Shown: positions 27,812 to 38,016 of the stretch, piece after piece
Numbering within the stretch: position 1 is the first letter of the stretch
How the letters are laid out: each line of letters starts with the position of its first letter
Source: a bacterium
Lineage (GTDB): Bacteria > RBG-13-61-14 > DATKZS01
Reading direction: 5' to 3'
Assembly (NCBI GenBank): GCA_963674965.2
Contig: CAXXFL010000001.1
Coordinates: 480,001-544,000, forward strand
DNA: 64,000 nt
Translations under genes and position numbers: made by a program
Notes under the pieces: generated by a model
The model's input: the letters and a program-made list of their open reading frames with translations, nothing else
Databases searched by the model: none
What the model was told of the DNA's origin: nothing

Positions 27812-28858
27812 ATGCCCGAATTCGACAAGGAAAAGATCGCCGGGTACCTCGAGGAAAAGCTCGAGGCCGCCGGCCTCGAGATCACCAGCTTCTGGCAGAA
27901 CCTCGAGGGATGGTCCATGGTGACCTACGGGTTGGGCCTGTCCTACGAAAAGGACGGGAAGAAAATCCAGCGGGACATAATCATCAGGAGGGAACCGGTG
28001 GCCGGCCTGCTCGAGCCTTATGACGTGTCCATCGAGTTCCGCGTCATCTCGGCCCTGGGCAAGACCGACGTGGCCGTGCCCGGTACCCTCTGGCACGAGC
28101 CCGACCCGTCGGTGCTGGGCAAGCCCTTTTACGTTATGGACAAGGTGGAGGGCAAGGTCCACTTCTGGCAAATGAGGTTCGACCCCGAGTGGCGCCTCAT
28201 TCCCGACGACGAGGAAAGGCGGACCTTGGGCGAGGACTTCGTGGCCAACATAGCGGCCATCCACAACGCGGACTGGAAAGGACTGGGCCTCGAGTTCCTG
28301 GGCGACCCGGGCAAGGGCAAGGGCTCGGCCGAGAAGATACTGGACTACTGGGAGGACGTGATCGAGCGGGCGGGCTTTCGGGACAAGCCGGTGGTGGCCT
28401 ACGCCGCCAACTGGCTTCGCGACAACGTGCCCGACTGGGACCGTCCGGGCCTGGTTCACGCGGACTACAGGACGGGCAACTACATCGCGCGCGACGGCCG
28501 TATAGCGGCGGTGCTCGACTGGGAGATGGTTCACCTGGGAGACCCCATGGAGGACATATCTTATATAATCGGCACGGCCTGGCGCTCTCCTCGCCCGTAC
28601 CTGTGGGTCAGCCACCTCATGCCCAAGGAGGAGTTCTTCGAGAGGTACGAGGAAAAAAGCAAGATCAAGATCGACGCGGATCGGATCAAGTACTACCACG
28701 TGCTCAACAACTTCAAGGCCGTGGGCATAGCGGGCACGGCGGCCAACGCCTTTCGTACCAAGCCCAACCCGGACCTCAAGCCGGGGGTGTTCGGGGTGAC
28801 CCTGGTGGTCCAGTTCTTCAACCTCATCCGGGCCCTTGACAAGTACTTGTCCAAGTGA
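27812..28858 (+). CDS. APH-family phosphotransferase (LvaA / ACAD10-11 kinase-like)
   Basis: VAVP, LGKPFYVMDKVEG, LVHADYRTGN, AVLDWEMVHLGDPMED. Confidence 0.88.
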   Translation: MPEFDKEKIAGYLEEKLEAAGLEITSFWQNLEGWSMVTYGLGLSYEKDGKKIQRDIIIRREPVAGLLEPYDVSIEFRVISALGKTDVAVPGTLWHEPDPSVLGKPFYVMDKVEGKVHFWQMRFDPEWRLIPDDEERRTLGEDFVANIAAIHNADWKGLGLEFLGDPGKGKGSAEKILDYWEDVIERAGFRDKPVVAYAANWLRDNVPDWDRPGLVHADYRTGNYIARDGRIAAVLDWEMVHLGDPMEDISYIIGTAWRSPRPYLWVSHLMPKEEFFERYEEKSKIKIDADRIKYYHVLNNFKAVGIAGTAANAFRTKPNPDLKPGVFGVTLVVQFFNLIRALDKYLSK

Positions 28859-28871
28859 AGCGGAGGAAGAG

Positions 28872-29366
28872 ATGTATTATCCCATAGACATATATTTCCG
28901 CAGGCTGATGGATTCCCTCGAGAAGGTGATCGCGCCCCGGATTGAGGACGAGTTTACCCTTGGCCAGGTTTACGCGGTGATCGAGATGCTCGAGCAGATC
29001 AAGGGCAAGGTCGAGTACAAAAGGGACCTCATCCGGGAGGACGTGGAAAGGGGGGAGGAGATCATGGAGAAGATATCCCAGGCCCTCTCCGGCGCCGGAG
29101 CGGCGGTCCCTCCCGAGATAGAGGAAGTTGAAAAGGAAATCCGGGAAAAGGGCGCCTTGCCCGACCTGGCCCTCCGCAAGAAGGTCGAGCAGGCCGCGTG
29201 CAAGGCCATTGACGCGGCCCACTCGGCGCGGGAGGATTTGGGTCCCGAGGCGAGCGCCGGCCTCGACTCCGAGATCAGGCGGTACCTGGTCAAGGTCAGC
29301 ACCAGGGACCTGGGCCTTATGAAGCCACCACGCCTGGCCAAGATTTCCCGGCCCAAGGAGTCCTAG
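28872..29366 (+). CDS. helical hypothetical protein downstream of phosphotransferase (possible LvaB-like partner)
   Basis: GGAGG SD, 13 bp after kinase stop; LEKVIAPRIEDEF..GQ; typical codon usage. Confidence 0.7.
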   Translation: MYYPIDIYFRRLMDSLEKVIAPRIEDEFTLGQVYAVIEMLEQIKGKVEYKRDLIREDVERGEEIMEKISQALSGAGAAVPPEIEEVEKEIREKGALPDLALRKKVEQAACKAIDAAHSAREDLGPEASAGLDSEIRRYLVKVSTRDLGLMKPPRLAKISRPKES

Positions 29367-30826
29367 CGCGGGGCCTCGGCCAGTCTTTTTTCAAGGGTGG
29401 TTTTTCCGAGCAGGAACAGGGAGGGGACAAGGTCGGGTCCGCTTGCGCGGCCAAGGGCCGCCGCCCTGATCGGCTGGAAGAGGTTTTTTCCCGCAAGGCC
29501 CAGGGTCTTTCCCGTTTCCATTACGGTCTTTTGGATGGAAGCCTCGGTGAACTCCTCGAGATCGGCCAGGCGCCGCGTAAATTCCCCGATTACCCGCGCC
29601 GACTCGGGCTGGGCCAGGGTTTGCCTCGCGTCCTTGCCGTAGGGCACGGACCGGCCTAAAAATGGCCTCATCTCCCGGGCCACGTCGAGAAGGGTGGATA
29701 TCCGGGGCTTTACCAGTTCGATGGCCCGGTGAAGGCTTTTCTCGGCCAGGGCGTCCGTTTCCAGTCCCTCGTGCTCGAGGTATGGCCGGGCCTTCTCGAT
29801 GAGGTCCTCATCGGACATGGCGCGAAGGCGCTTGCCGCTTAACCATCTTAGTTTTTTCAAGTCGAAGACGGAGGCGCTTTTATTTATACGATCGAGAGAG
29901 AATTCCCTGGCAAGCTCCTGGATGGTCAGGATTTCCTTGCCCGAGGGGGATGACCACCCGAGCAGGGCCAGGTAGTTCACGATGGCCTCGGGCGTGAACC
30001 CGGCGCGGTAAAGGTCGTCCAGGGACGAGGCCCCGTGACGCTTGGCAAGGGGCTTTTTGTCGGGCCCGGTAATGAGGGGCAAGTGGGCGAACCTCGGCGG
30101 GTCCCATCCCAGGGCGTCGTAGAGCATGATCTGTTTGGCCGTGTTGGACAGGTGGTCGTCACCCCTGATGACGTGAGAGATATCCATCAGGTGGTCGTCG
30201 ATGACCACGGCAAAGTTGTAAGTAGGAATACCGCTCGAGCGATGGATGACGAAGTCGCCCACGCGGGAGGCCTCCCATTTTATCGTTCCCCTTACCTCGT
30301 CTTTCCACTCGACGGTCCCCGGCGCGGCCCGGAAGCGCCACACCGGGTTGGGGTTCCGCTCGAGACACTGGCGCGCGCCTTTTTCGTCCAGCTTCGCGCA
30401 CCGGCCGGGGTAGACGTAGGCCAGTCCCTTTCGGTTATAGGCCCTCCTCTCGGCCTCGATCTCCTCGGCCGTGCAAAAGCACGGATAGGCGCGTCCCATC
30501 TCCTTTAGCTTCTCGAGATGCTCCTCGTAGACGGCCAGCCGCTCGCTCTGGCGGTAAGGACCTCTCGATCCGCGTCCCTCCTCGGAGAACTTCTCGTGGG
30601 AAACCGGTCCCTCGTCCCATTTCAGGCCCAGCCACTTGAGGCTTAAGTAAACGCCTCTTTCGGCCTTGGGGTCTATCCGGGAAAGGTCCGTGTCCTCCAG
30701 ACGAAGCACGAAAGTCCCGCCCCAGCGGCGAGCGAAAAGCCAGTTGAAAAGCGCCGTGTGTACGTTCCCTATATGGAGAAGGCCGGTGGGTGATGGAGCG
30801 AATCGGACCCTTGTTTTTTCATCCAT
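29363..30826 (-). CDS. gltX: glutamate--tRNA ligase
   Basis: RFAPSPTGLLHIGN, LRLEDTD, YPCFC, VIRGDDH, PLAKRHG; anticodon domain present. Confidence 0.93.
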   Translation of the reverse strand: MDEKTRVRFAPSPTGLLHIGNVHTALFNWLFARRWGGTFVLRLEDTDLSRIDPKAERGVYLSLKWLGLKWDEGPVSHEKFSEEGRGSRGPYRQSERLAVYEEHLEKLKEMGRAYPCFCTAEEIEAERRAYNRKGLAYVYPGRCAKLDEKGARQCLERNPNPVWRFRAAPGTVEWKDEVRGTIKWEASRVGDFVIHRSSGIPTYNFAVVIDDHLMDISHVIRGDDHLSNTAKQIMLYDALGWDPPRFAHLPLITGPDKKPLAKRHGASSLDDLYRAGFTPEAIVNYLALLGWSSPSGKEILTIQELAREFSLDRINKSASVFDLKKLRWLSGKRLRAMSDEDLIEKARPYLEHEGLETDALAEKSLHRAIELVKPRISTLLDVAREMRPFLGRSVPYGKDARQTLAQPESARVIGEFTRRLADLEEFTEASIQKTVMETGKTLGLAGKNLFQPIRAAALGRASGPDLVPSLFLLGKTTLEKRLAEAPR

Positions 30827-30940
30827 TTATTAAATACCCGCGATCTTTCATGGTATTCGAGCCTTCCTTCCATTTCAAATGGTTTGACTTATAAAGCCAT
30901 GCCGTCATAGCATAAACGGTTTAAAGGAGCTTTACCCGGA

Positions 30941-33900
30941 ATGAAGGAAGAAGAGAAGATAATATCCATCCATCTGGCGGCCGCGGCCTTTCCTCTTTTG
31001 ATCGGCGGCGCCATGGCGGTTTGCCTTACCGGACTGGCCGGAAGCCTCGAGTCCGCTGGACTGGCGTCGGCGCGGTCATCAGCGATATTTACCGCCGCCT
31101 GCTTCGCGGGCATGGGTCTCATGGGCGTTCTCGTTGCCAGGATATGGACGCCGAGGACCAAAAGGCCATTGTTTGTAACGGCGCTCACGCTGATAGGGTC
31201 CGCCTTATTCCTGGTATTGGGGCCTTTATTTTGGGTGTCCTTTGTTCCGGGGGTGATGGGCGCCGCCGGTTCCGCGGTTGATCCGGGCTCGATTTCCATG
31301 GATATTTTCCGCCTGGTCTTTTTATCTATCCTTCTTTCGGCCGCCGTAATTTCCATTGGCGGGGTCCCACCGCTATTCGGAAGAGTCGCGGCTATTGGGA
31401 AAAAATCTTCCAGACTCATCTCTTCCATGGCCTTGGCTTCACTACTTATTGGGGCGGCCATTGGTAAATTCGCGGCCGGCTATTGGACGTCCCTGACCCT
31501 TGGTTATGAAAAAACGACGTGGGCCGGCTCCGCCATATTGGGGCTGGTTTCTTTGGTGATTATCATAATTCCCTCCCTCCGCGACGCAAAAGCCGCCTCG
31601 GAGGAGATTGAAGAAATTAAGGACGGCCAAAAGCGGGGCGCCAACGCCGTTTTCCTCTTTGCCCTTTTTCTCGCGGGAACGGGCGCGGCGATACTCCTTT
31701 CCACGTGGAGGGCGGTGCTCGTACTCGCCATAGGGACCTCGGTCTACTCGTCGGTGATCATATCCACCGCGGCTTTAACTTCGGCCGCCCTGGGGAACTT
31801 GTTGGCTCTTTTGCTTTTCAAGAAATTCAATAAGGCGAGTTTCATCTCGGGCGCTCTTCTTTTATCGGCTTCCTTTATTTCGACGCTCACCCTCTGGATA
31901 TATCCTTGGATCGCGGCCTCGGCCTTCAAGTGGGACGTCCTCTATCGGGAAAACTTCATCTCCTACATGTGGGTCAAGACCGGCGCGGCCTTCCTCCTTA
32001 TCGGCCTTCCCGGGTTGCTCTTCGGGGCATCGGTCGGCTTCGCGGCCAGGTATGAAGGCGAAAAGGACAAGTTCGAGAAGTGGGGATTGGCCGCCCTTTT
32101 CTTCGGGATAGGCCTGGGGCTTTTCACGGTTGGGGGCTTTATTATTCCATCTCTGGGATACCAGCGTGCCATCGCCGCGGGAGCGTCTCTTTTTCTGATC
32201 GGCGGCGCGGCCATGGCGGCCATATCCGGATCGAAGGTCTTGCTGAAAGTGGCGGCGCCGGCGGCTTGCGCCGCCGCCTTAGCCGCGCTTTTCATGTTGT
32301 CTCCATCCCGCTCTCTTCTTCTTTTAAACGGCGGTCCTTACCTTTACTCCTCCGCCTTCGAGGGGAGCCTGGCCGCGGGGGAGGACGTCCGGGACTCTCT
32401 TTCCAATTTTTACAGAATGCGTTTCTTCCAGGCGGGCGAGGAGGGGGCCGTTTCGGTCCTCGAGTTAAGGGTCTCGGAGGAAAAGCTGCTTCGCCTTGAC
32501 GGCAGGACCATATATTCCAGCAAGGCCGACGTGGCGGGCGGCCTGCTTCGGGCCCACCTTCCCATCTTGGCCCATCCCGCTCCCAAGAAGATGGCCATCA
32601 TGGGTCTGGGCTCGGGAGTCACGGCGGGAGGGGCGCTCCTTTATCCGCTCGAGCGGGTGGACGTGGCCGAGCCCTCTTCCGAGATGATTTATTCCCTGGC
32701 GCATTTTCTCGAGGTCTCGGGGCTGGCCTCGAAAAACGACTCGCGCTTGAGAATAATCAAGGAGGGCTTCCTCGATTACCTGGCGGGAACCGATGAAACC
32801 TACGACGTCATCAGCGCCAAGGGCCCCAGCCCTTCCATCAAGGGGGCCGGCGCTTATTATGGCCTCGAGTTTTTCGAGACGGCCAGGAACAGGCTCGAGC
32901 CGGGAGGCGTGTTCTTTTTCTCGGTACCCCTTTACGAGTTCGATCCCGACTCGGCCATGGCCCTTTTGCGGACCTTCGCTTCCATCTTTCCCAACTGCTC
33001 GATGTGGGAGAGTTCCCCCGGCGGAGACGAGTTTTTACTGGGCAAAGCGGACGACTCGAAAATAGACCTCGCCAACTTTCTCAGGCGCTCCTCACTGCCC
33101 CAGGTAAGGGAAGACCTGGCCAGGATTAAGGTCAAAAGCGGCGAGGACCTTTTCGCCCGTTTCGTGATGGGTCCGATCAAGATGGCCCAGGCCGGCGGGC
33201 AAGGTCCGAGAATCTCGGGCGACCGGCGGGTGCTCGAGTATCTCACGCCGCGCTACTCGGTCTCCCAGGCCGGGCTGAGGTACGGATTTGTGGTCAAGGA
33301 CGTCCTGTCCCACCACGAGAGCGCCCAGGCCGCGGCCAAGGAGACGCCCGATGAATTGAAGGAGCTTTTCGATTCCTTTGACAGGACCCGGACCCTTTAT
33401 TACTGGGCGGCCTTCCGCCTGATCGACCCGTCCCAGGGAGGCGATCAGATTGACGTCTCGATCAACTCGCTGAGGGAAGCGCTTTCCATGGGCCAGGATT
33501 ATTATCCTCGGGAGTACGTGGGCGCCATGCTGGCCGACCGACTGATCGAGAGAGCGGAGACGCGGCTGGCCTCGGGCGACGCCGCCGGGGCGGTTAAGGA
33601 CTGGAGCGAGGCCTTCGAGGCGGATCAAGAAGGGTTCCTTGCCGGCGACAGGCTCATAGCCTACCACGTGGAGACCAAGAACTGGAAAGAAGCCGACCGC
33701 TGGTCCAGGAAAAACCTCTATCGCTTTCCCAAGGACCCCCTGGCCCTGGCGACTCAAGCCCAGATACAGTTCGACGGCGCCAGATACAAGGAGGCGATCG
33801 AGCTTTACAATATGGCCGTCGAGTCAGCGCCCTTTGATCCTCTTTTCAGATGGCGCCTGGCACTGGCTTACGCCTCCATCAAGGAACTGGACAAGGCCGA

Positions 33901-34093
33901 GAAGGAGTTGAGAACGGTACTTCAATCGCATCCGTCCAACGTGGAGGCCTGGATACTCTTGTCCAACGTGCTAAAGGACAAGGGCGAAATCAGAGAATCG
34001 GAGAAGTACAGGAAGAAGGCCGAGAAAGAAGCCCCCGACCATCCCATGCTCAACCCGCCTCCCGCGGGCCAGGTGGAACTCGAGGAACGGTAA
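30941..34093 (+). CDS. fused multi-TM / spermidine-synthase-like / TPR protein
   Basis: About 12-13 TM N-terminus; HLPILAHP, IMGLGSGVTAG, YDVIS, LEPGG; C-terminal TPR repeats. Confidence 0.85.
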   Translation: MKEEEKIISIHLAAAAFPLLIGGAMAVCLTGLAGSLESAGLASARSSAIFTAACFAGMGLMGVLVARIWTPRTKRPLFVTALTLIGSALFLVLGPLFWVSFVPGVMGAAGSAVDPGSISMDIFRLVFLSILLSAAVISIGGVPPLFGRVAAIGKKSSRLISSMALASLLIGAAIGKFAAGYWTSLTLGYEKTTWAGSAILGLVSLVIIIIPSLRDAKAASEEIEEIKDGQKRGANAVFLFALFLAGTGAAILLSTWRAVLVLAIGTSVYSSVIISTAALTSAALGNLLALLLFKKFNKASFISGALLLSASFISTLTLWIYPWIAASAFKWDVLYRENFISYMWVKTGAAFLLIGLPGLLFGASVGFAARYEGEKDKFEKWGLAALFFGIGLGLFTVGGFIIPSLGYQRAIAAGASLFLIGGAAMAAISGSKVLLKVAAPAACAAALAALFMLSPSRSLLLLNGGPYLYSSAFEGSLAAGEDVRDSLSNFYRMRFFQAGEEGAVSVLELRVSEEKLLRLDGRTIYSSKADVAGGLLRAHLPILAHPAPKKMAIMGLGSGVTAGGALLYPLERVDVAEPSSEMIYSLAHFLEVSGLASKNDSRLRIIKEGFLDYLAGTDETYDVISAKGPSPSIKGAGAYYGLEFFETARNRLEPGGVFFFSVPLYEFDPDSAMALLRTFASIFPNCSMWESSPGGDEFLLGKADDSKIDLANFLRRSSLPQVREDLARIKVKSGEDLFARFVMGPIKMAQAGGQGPRISGDRRVLEYLTPRYSVSQAGLRYGFVVKDVLSHHESAQAAAKETPDELKELFDSFDRTRTLYYWAAFRLIDPSQGGDQIDVSINSLREALSMGQDYYPREYVGAMLADRLIERAETRLASGDAAGAVKDWSEAFEADQEGFLAGDRLIAYHVETKNWKEADRWSRKNLYRFPKDPLALATQAQIQFDGARYKEAIELYNMAVESAPFDPLFRWRLALAYASIKELDKAEKELRTVLQSHPSNVEAWILLSNVLKDKGEIRESEKYRKKAEKEAPDHPMLNPPPAGQVELEER

Positions 34094-34154
34094 AGATTGT
34101 CGAAAATCACGCGGCCTGGGCGCCGCCGCTAACTGAAAGAAGCGGTAAAAAAGG

Positions 34155-34445
34155 TTAAGGCGCCCGAAAGTCAGGCGAGCAACCGGATACCCACCCTGTA
34201 AGGATATCCATGAGGCTCGGCCGCCGGGAGTTCTCACAGGAGGTCACCTCGGCAGCGTGACGGTTGCCGTCAGGCAATTCCGCGTAAAGAACGCCCTGCC
34301 TGCCAGGAGAGATGCCCGCCGAGCAGAAAGCGCCTATCGAACTTTCCTGAAAGTCCGAAATCTCGACGAAAGAAGCGGAGCCGTCTTTCGAAAAGATGGC
34401 CCTCACATTGCGAGACTTGTCACTAAAATTAATTTTTTCAGCCAC
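34155..34445 (-). CDS. hypothetical protein
   Basis: 96-codon ORF starting GTG directly after the sulfatase stop, with GGAGG upstream. Confidence 0.45.
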   Translation of the reverse strand: MAEKINFSDKSRNVRAIFSKDGSASFVEISDFQESSIGAFCSAGISPGRQGVLYAELPDGNRHAAEVTSCENSRRPSLMDILTGWVSGCSPDFRAP

Positions 34446-36401
34446 TTACATTCCTCCCCGGATTTCTTTCGTCTTCCCGGCCTTTTTTCTTTGAGGCTTT
34501 TCATCCCCAATGTAGCCCAGAGACTTCATAAGATCGTCCACTCGATCAGGCGCCGGAGCGCCGGACTTCACAATCCTTTTTTGGGCGGCGACCGCCTCCA
34601 GTTTTTCCAGATCCTCGATCATCTCGCGGAGTACCTCGGTCCTGTCGCGGGACAAGTTGCGAAGCTCTCCCGGATCGGCCGCAAGATCGTAAAGCTCGAC
34701 TCGACTCGGGTTTTCCGAGACGATCAGTTTATAACGGCCCTTGATAAGGCTCCGGGCCGATCTGTCTTTTTCGAACAGATGCCGCGTTACGGCGTAAGCG
34801 GGACGGTCCTTTTCCGAGGATGGATCAATGAAGTAAGGCCTCAAGGACTGACCTTCCACGTCCGTCACCAAGGGCAGTCCGGCGAAATCCAATAAAGTCG
34901 GCAAAACGTCGATATGCCGGACGACCTCGTTTATTTTTTCTCCTCCCGCCGCGCCGGGGGCCTGAATCATCAGGACTACCCTCAGGAGCTCGTTATATAA
35001 AGTGTTGCCATGGCCATAGGCGCCATGCTCGACGAACTCCTCTCCGTGGTCGGAGGTGACTAAAAGTATATCCAATTCCGGGTCGAAATCAAGCGATTTT
35101 TTCAACCTGGTAAACAGCCCGTATACCGAGGCGCTCGAGCAGGCTATCTCCTCGTTATACCTGGACTTTAACATCTGGTAAGTGTCTCGTCCCACGCTTG
35201 CGTCAACGTCGAACAAGGTATCGAGTTTTATAAGTTTTTTCTCGTTCCACAAGGCCGACCCGTCCGGCGCCCGACTGAATTTGTCCTTGTAAGGCGGCCT
35301 TGGCTCGTAGGGGTAATGAGGGTCGAAAAACATAACGTAAAGCAGCAACGGACCGCCCCGGTAATCCGAGGCCCATTCCATGACCATGCGCTCCAAATTG
35401 GGCGCGTACTCGGTGTCGTCGAACCCGAAGACCTCGAATCCCTGGCCGAAGCCGAACTCGGGATGAATAAACGGGCTGGCGGAAAAGGCGGCCGTGGCGT
35501 AACCCGCTTGTTTGAAAATCTCCGCCATGGTCATATTTTCCTCGGCCAGGACCAGGCTGTCCCGTCCGATCGAGCCGTGCTGAGTAGGATAAAGAGAAGT
35601 GAAAAGGGAAGCCACCGAAGGCGGGGTCCATGACGCGTGAGCAAAGCAGTTCTGAAAGACCGCCATGTTGCCGGCCATGACGGCCATCTCGGGCGATGTA
35701 TCTCGAGTATAGCCGCCCTGGCTGGTATGGTCCGGTCTCAAGGTATCGACGCTGACGATAATGATAACGGGCTTTTTCCTCTTTTTATCCACGAGCCTCG
35801 GCGCCGATATGGCCGCGACAAGCTCGGGCTCGCCCGCTTTGAGGCTGGGCCGGCTGAGGATAAACTCCGCCGGAGAATCCGGCCTCCCGCTTTTTCCCGT
35901 CGAGTCTTCAAGCCAAAAGGGACCGGCCGCCAGGCATTGGCCGGACTGGACCGGAGGTATGGAAAAAGTGTTTCCACTACCAATGCCTTTTCCTTCACCC
36001 GGGAAAGCCATTTCCAGCTCGAGCCCGGAAAGCAGGGATGAAGGTTCCCCGGAACCGCCGGCCAGGGGAACGCATATCTCGAAGGTCAGGCCCTTTTTCT
36101 CATGGGACGAAAGTTTCTGAGTAAGCTCCGAGCCGGGACCCAGAATATAGCCTTCCCTGAAAATCGGACCCATGGAGAATTTTTTATAGGGGATTCTTCT
36201 CGCCCTGGCCGATTCGCTGAAAACGGGAGGGGCCGCCGAGTCGGGCCAGGCGGCGACGTCGGCCGTAGCCGCCGAACTGAGAGGGGCGCTTGCTTTTTCG
36301 TCGGAACAGCCAACGGCGAAAGCCGTAAAGCAAAGTAAGGCTATAAGCGCGGTTCGTTTTAGCAGGGATGGTAAAATTATTTTTTCTCCGGTTCGCGCCA
36401 T
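34446..36401 (-). CDS. sulfatase-like (alkaline phosphatase superfamily) lipoprotein
   Basis: Lipobox FAVGC; SVDTLRPDH, WTPPSVASLFT, DPHYPY, TSDHGE, ELYDLAADPGE. Confidence 0.88.
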   Translation of the reverse strand: MARTGEKIILPSLLKRTALIALLCFTAFAVGCSDEKASAPLSSAATADVAAWPDSAAPPVFSESARARRIPYKKFSMGPIFREGYILGPGSELTQKLSSHEKKGLTFEICVPLAGGSGEPSSLLSGLELEMAFPGEGKGIGSGNTFSIPPVQSGQCLAAGPFWLEDSTGKSGRPDSPAEFILSRPSLKAGEPELVAAISAPRLVDKKRKKPVIIIVSVDTLRPDHTSQGGYTRDTSPEMAVMAGNMAVFQNCFAHASWTPPSVASLFTSLYPTQHGSIGRDSLVLAEENMTMAEIFKQAGYATAAFSASPFIHPEFGFGQGFEVFGFDDTEYAPNLERMVMEWASDYRGGPLLLYVMFFDPHYPYEPRPPYKDKFSRAPDGSALWNEKKLIKLDTLFDVDASVGRDTYQMLKSRYNEEIACSSASVYGLFTRLKKSLDFDPELDILLVTSDHGEEFVEHGAYGHGNTLYNELLRVVLMIQAPGAAGGEKINEVVRHIDVLPTLLDFAGLPLVTDVEGQSLRPYFIDPSSEKDRPAYAVTRHLFEKDRSARSLIKGRYKLIVSENPSRVELYDLAADPGELRNLSRDRTEVLREMIEDLEKLEAVAAQKRIVKSGAPAPDRVDDLMKSLGYIGDEKPQRKKAGKTKEIRGGM

Positions 36402-36584
36402 AATTAATCGACCGTGATTGTCGGATGAAGTTCACGGCCCCCAGGGCACAATACCCTATTTTGGCGAAAAATTCCTTTGGAAGCAAAGGCTTTTATTTTT
36501 TTCTTCCATGGGCGGCAAGTGCCTATGCCTCGCCTTTTCCGTGCAATTTGCCCGCGCCGGTCTTTTCCAGTATCCTTTATTGAA

Positions 36585-37865
36585 ATGGATTGGTTTATTT
36601 TAAGTGAAACCGCGTTCAAGGCCGCGGTGATTTTTTATCTTATCGCCGCGGGCCTTTATCTTTTATTTTTAGCCCGCCGGAACGAGAAAGTTGGTGGGAC
36701 CGCCACCCTGGTGGCGATGGCGGCGGTAATCTTTCACACGCTGGGCCTGGCTTTCAGGTGGATTCAGGGGGGGATCGCCCATCCGCCCTTTACCAACCTT
36801 TACGAGTCCCTTTTGTTTTTTTCCTGGGGAATCGCCGTTTTCTACCTGGCCATCGAGAGGAAATACAAGTTCAAGGCGGGAGGCGCCTTTATTATTCCCG
36901 TTTCTCTTGGCGCCATCGGCGCGGCCGTGCTCAATCCCGCCGGCTCGAAAGAGATTCAAAACCTCCTGCCCGCGCTTCAATCTTACTGGTTGCACGCGCA
37001 CGTGGCGGTGGCGGCCATGGCTTACGCCGCCTTCGTGGCCAGTTTCGGGGCGTCCCTCATGTTCCTTATCAAGGACGGAGTGGACAGGAAATGGCTCGGC
37101 CATTACTCCAACCTTTTCATGGCCTTCATGCTCCTTATCTGTGACCGCTTGAATATTATAAGACACGGGGTTTTCACGCTGAACCAGGTTTCTCCCGATG
37201 GGAGCGTGACGGGACAACTGGTCGGCCTGGCCGTGCCCGGAAAGCTCCTGGCCATGGCCGTGGTTTATTTCATTATCGCGGCCGTTCTTTACGTGTGGCT
37301 GGCGAAAAAGGACGCCGAGTCCGGAAACCGTCTTTCCATCCTGGGCGTGCCCTTCGCGCCCATGGTGACGCTGATCGGCTCGGCCTCGACCGCCCTGGCC
37401 CTTTTGTTCCTGGTGAAACAGGCCCATGCCCGACCCGACCTGGCCCTGTTCGGCAACCCCTTTAAAATCATTATATTGTGCCTCGTCATCTTCATGGGGG
37501 TGGCCACATCGGTAATCGATTTGGCCCTCGAGCGAATTCAGGAAATCCTGCCGCCGGCCGAGACCCTGGACTCGATGTGCTACTCGATAATCACCATAGG
37601 TTTCCCCCTTATGACCGCCGTGATCGTCACCGGCATGGTATGGGCCAAGTACGCTTTCGGCGAATATTGGCAATGGGACCCCAAGGAAACGGCCTCCCTT
37701 ATCACCTGGATAATCTACACTGGATACCTTCACGCCAAGGTCTCGCTGAACTGGACGCCGAGAAGGACGGCCGTAATTTCCATCATCGGCTTCGCCTCGG
37801 TGGTCTTTACATATCTTGGCGTAAACGTCATCGGTCCCGGGTACCACGCCTACGCGTCTTTTTAA
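36585..37865 (+). CDS. ccsA: cytochrome c biogenesis protein CcsA/ResC
   Basis: PFTNLYES, PALQSYWLHAHV, GMVWA, YWQWDPKET, YLH, HAY. Confidence 0.93.
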   Translation: MDWFILSETAFKAAVIFYLIAAGLYLLFLARRNEKVGGTATLVAMAAVIFHTLGLAFRWIQGGIAHPPFTNLYESLLFFSWGIAVFYLAIERKYKFKAGGAFIIPVSLGAIGAAVLNPAGSKEIQNLLPALQSYWLHAHVAVAAMAYAAFVASFGASLMFLIKDGVDRKWLGHYSNLFMAFMLLICDRLNIIRHGVFTLNQVSPDGSVTGQLVGLAVPGKLLAMAVVYFIIAAVLYVWLAKKDAESGNRLSILGVPFAPMVTLIGSASTALALLFLVKQAHARPDLALFGNPFKIIILCLVIFMGVATSVIDLALERIQEILPPAETLDSMCYSIITIGFPLMTAVIVTGMVWAKYAFGEYWQWDPKETASLITWIIYTGYLHAKVSLNWTPRRTAVISIIGFASVVFTYLGVNVIGPGYHAYASF

Positions 37866-37923
37866 AAGGCCATCAATCATCTTATTCTTTAAACTCCCTT
37901 GATCATTAACGTTATTGGCTTAT

Positions 37924-37966
37924 CCGCCTCTTAGATCGGAGATGGGAAGAGGCGGTTTTCTCTTTT
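37924..37966 (+). terminator. intrinsic terminator after ccsA
   Basis: ccgcctctt...aagaggcgg followed by ttttctctttt. Confidence 0.75.
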
Positions 37967-37987
37967 GAGACTTCGTGGTTTTCACTT

Positions 37988-38016
37988 TTGAAAAATGATC
38001 GGCCTTGTGCTATTAT
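37988..38016 (+). promoter_or_regulatory. putative sigma70 promoter in AT-rich region upstream of che operon
   Basis: TTGAAA-N17-TATTAT with TG extended -10. Confidence 0.5.
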
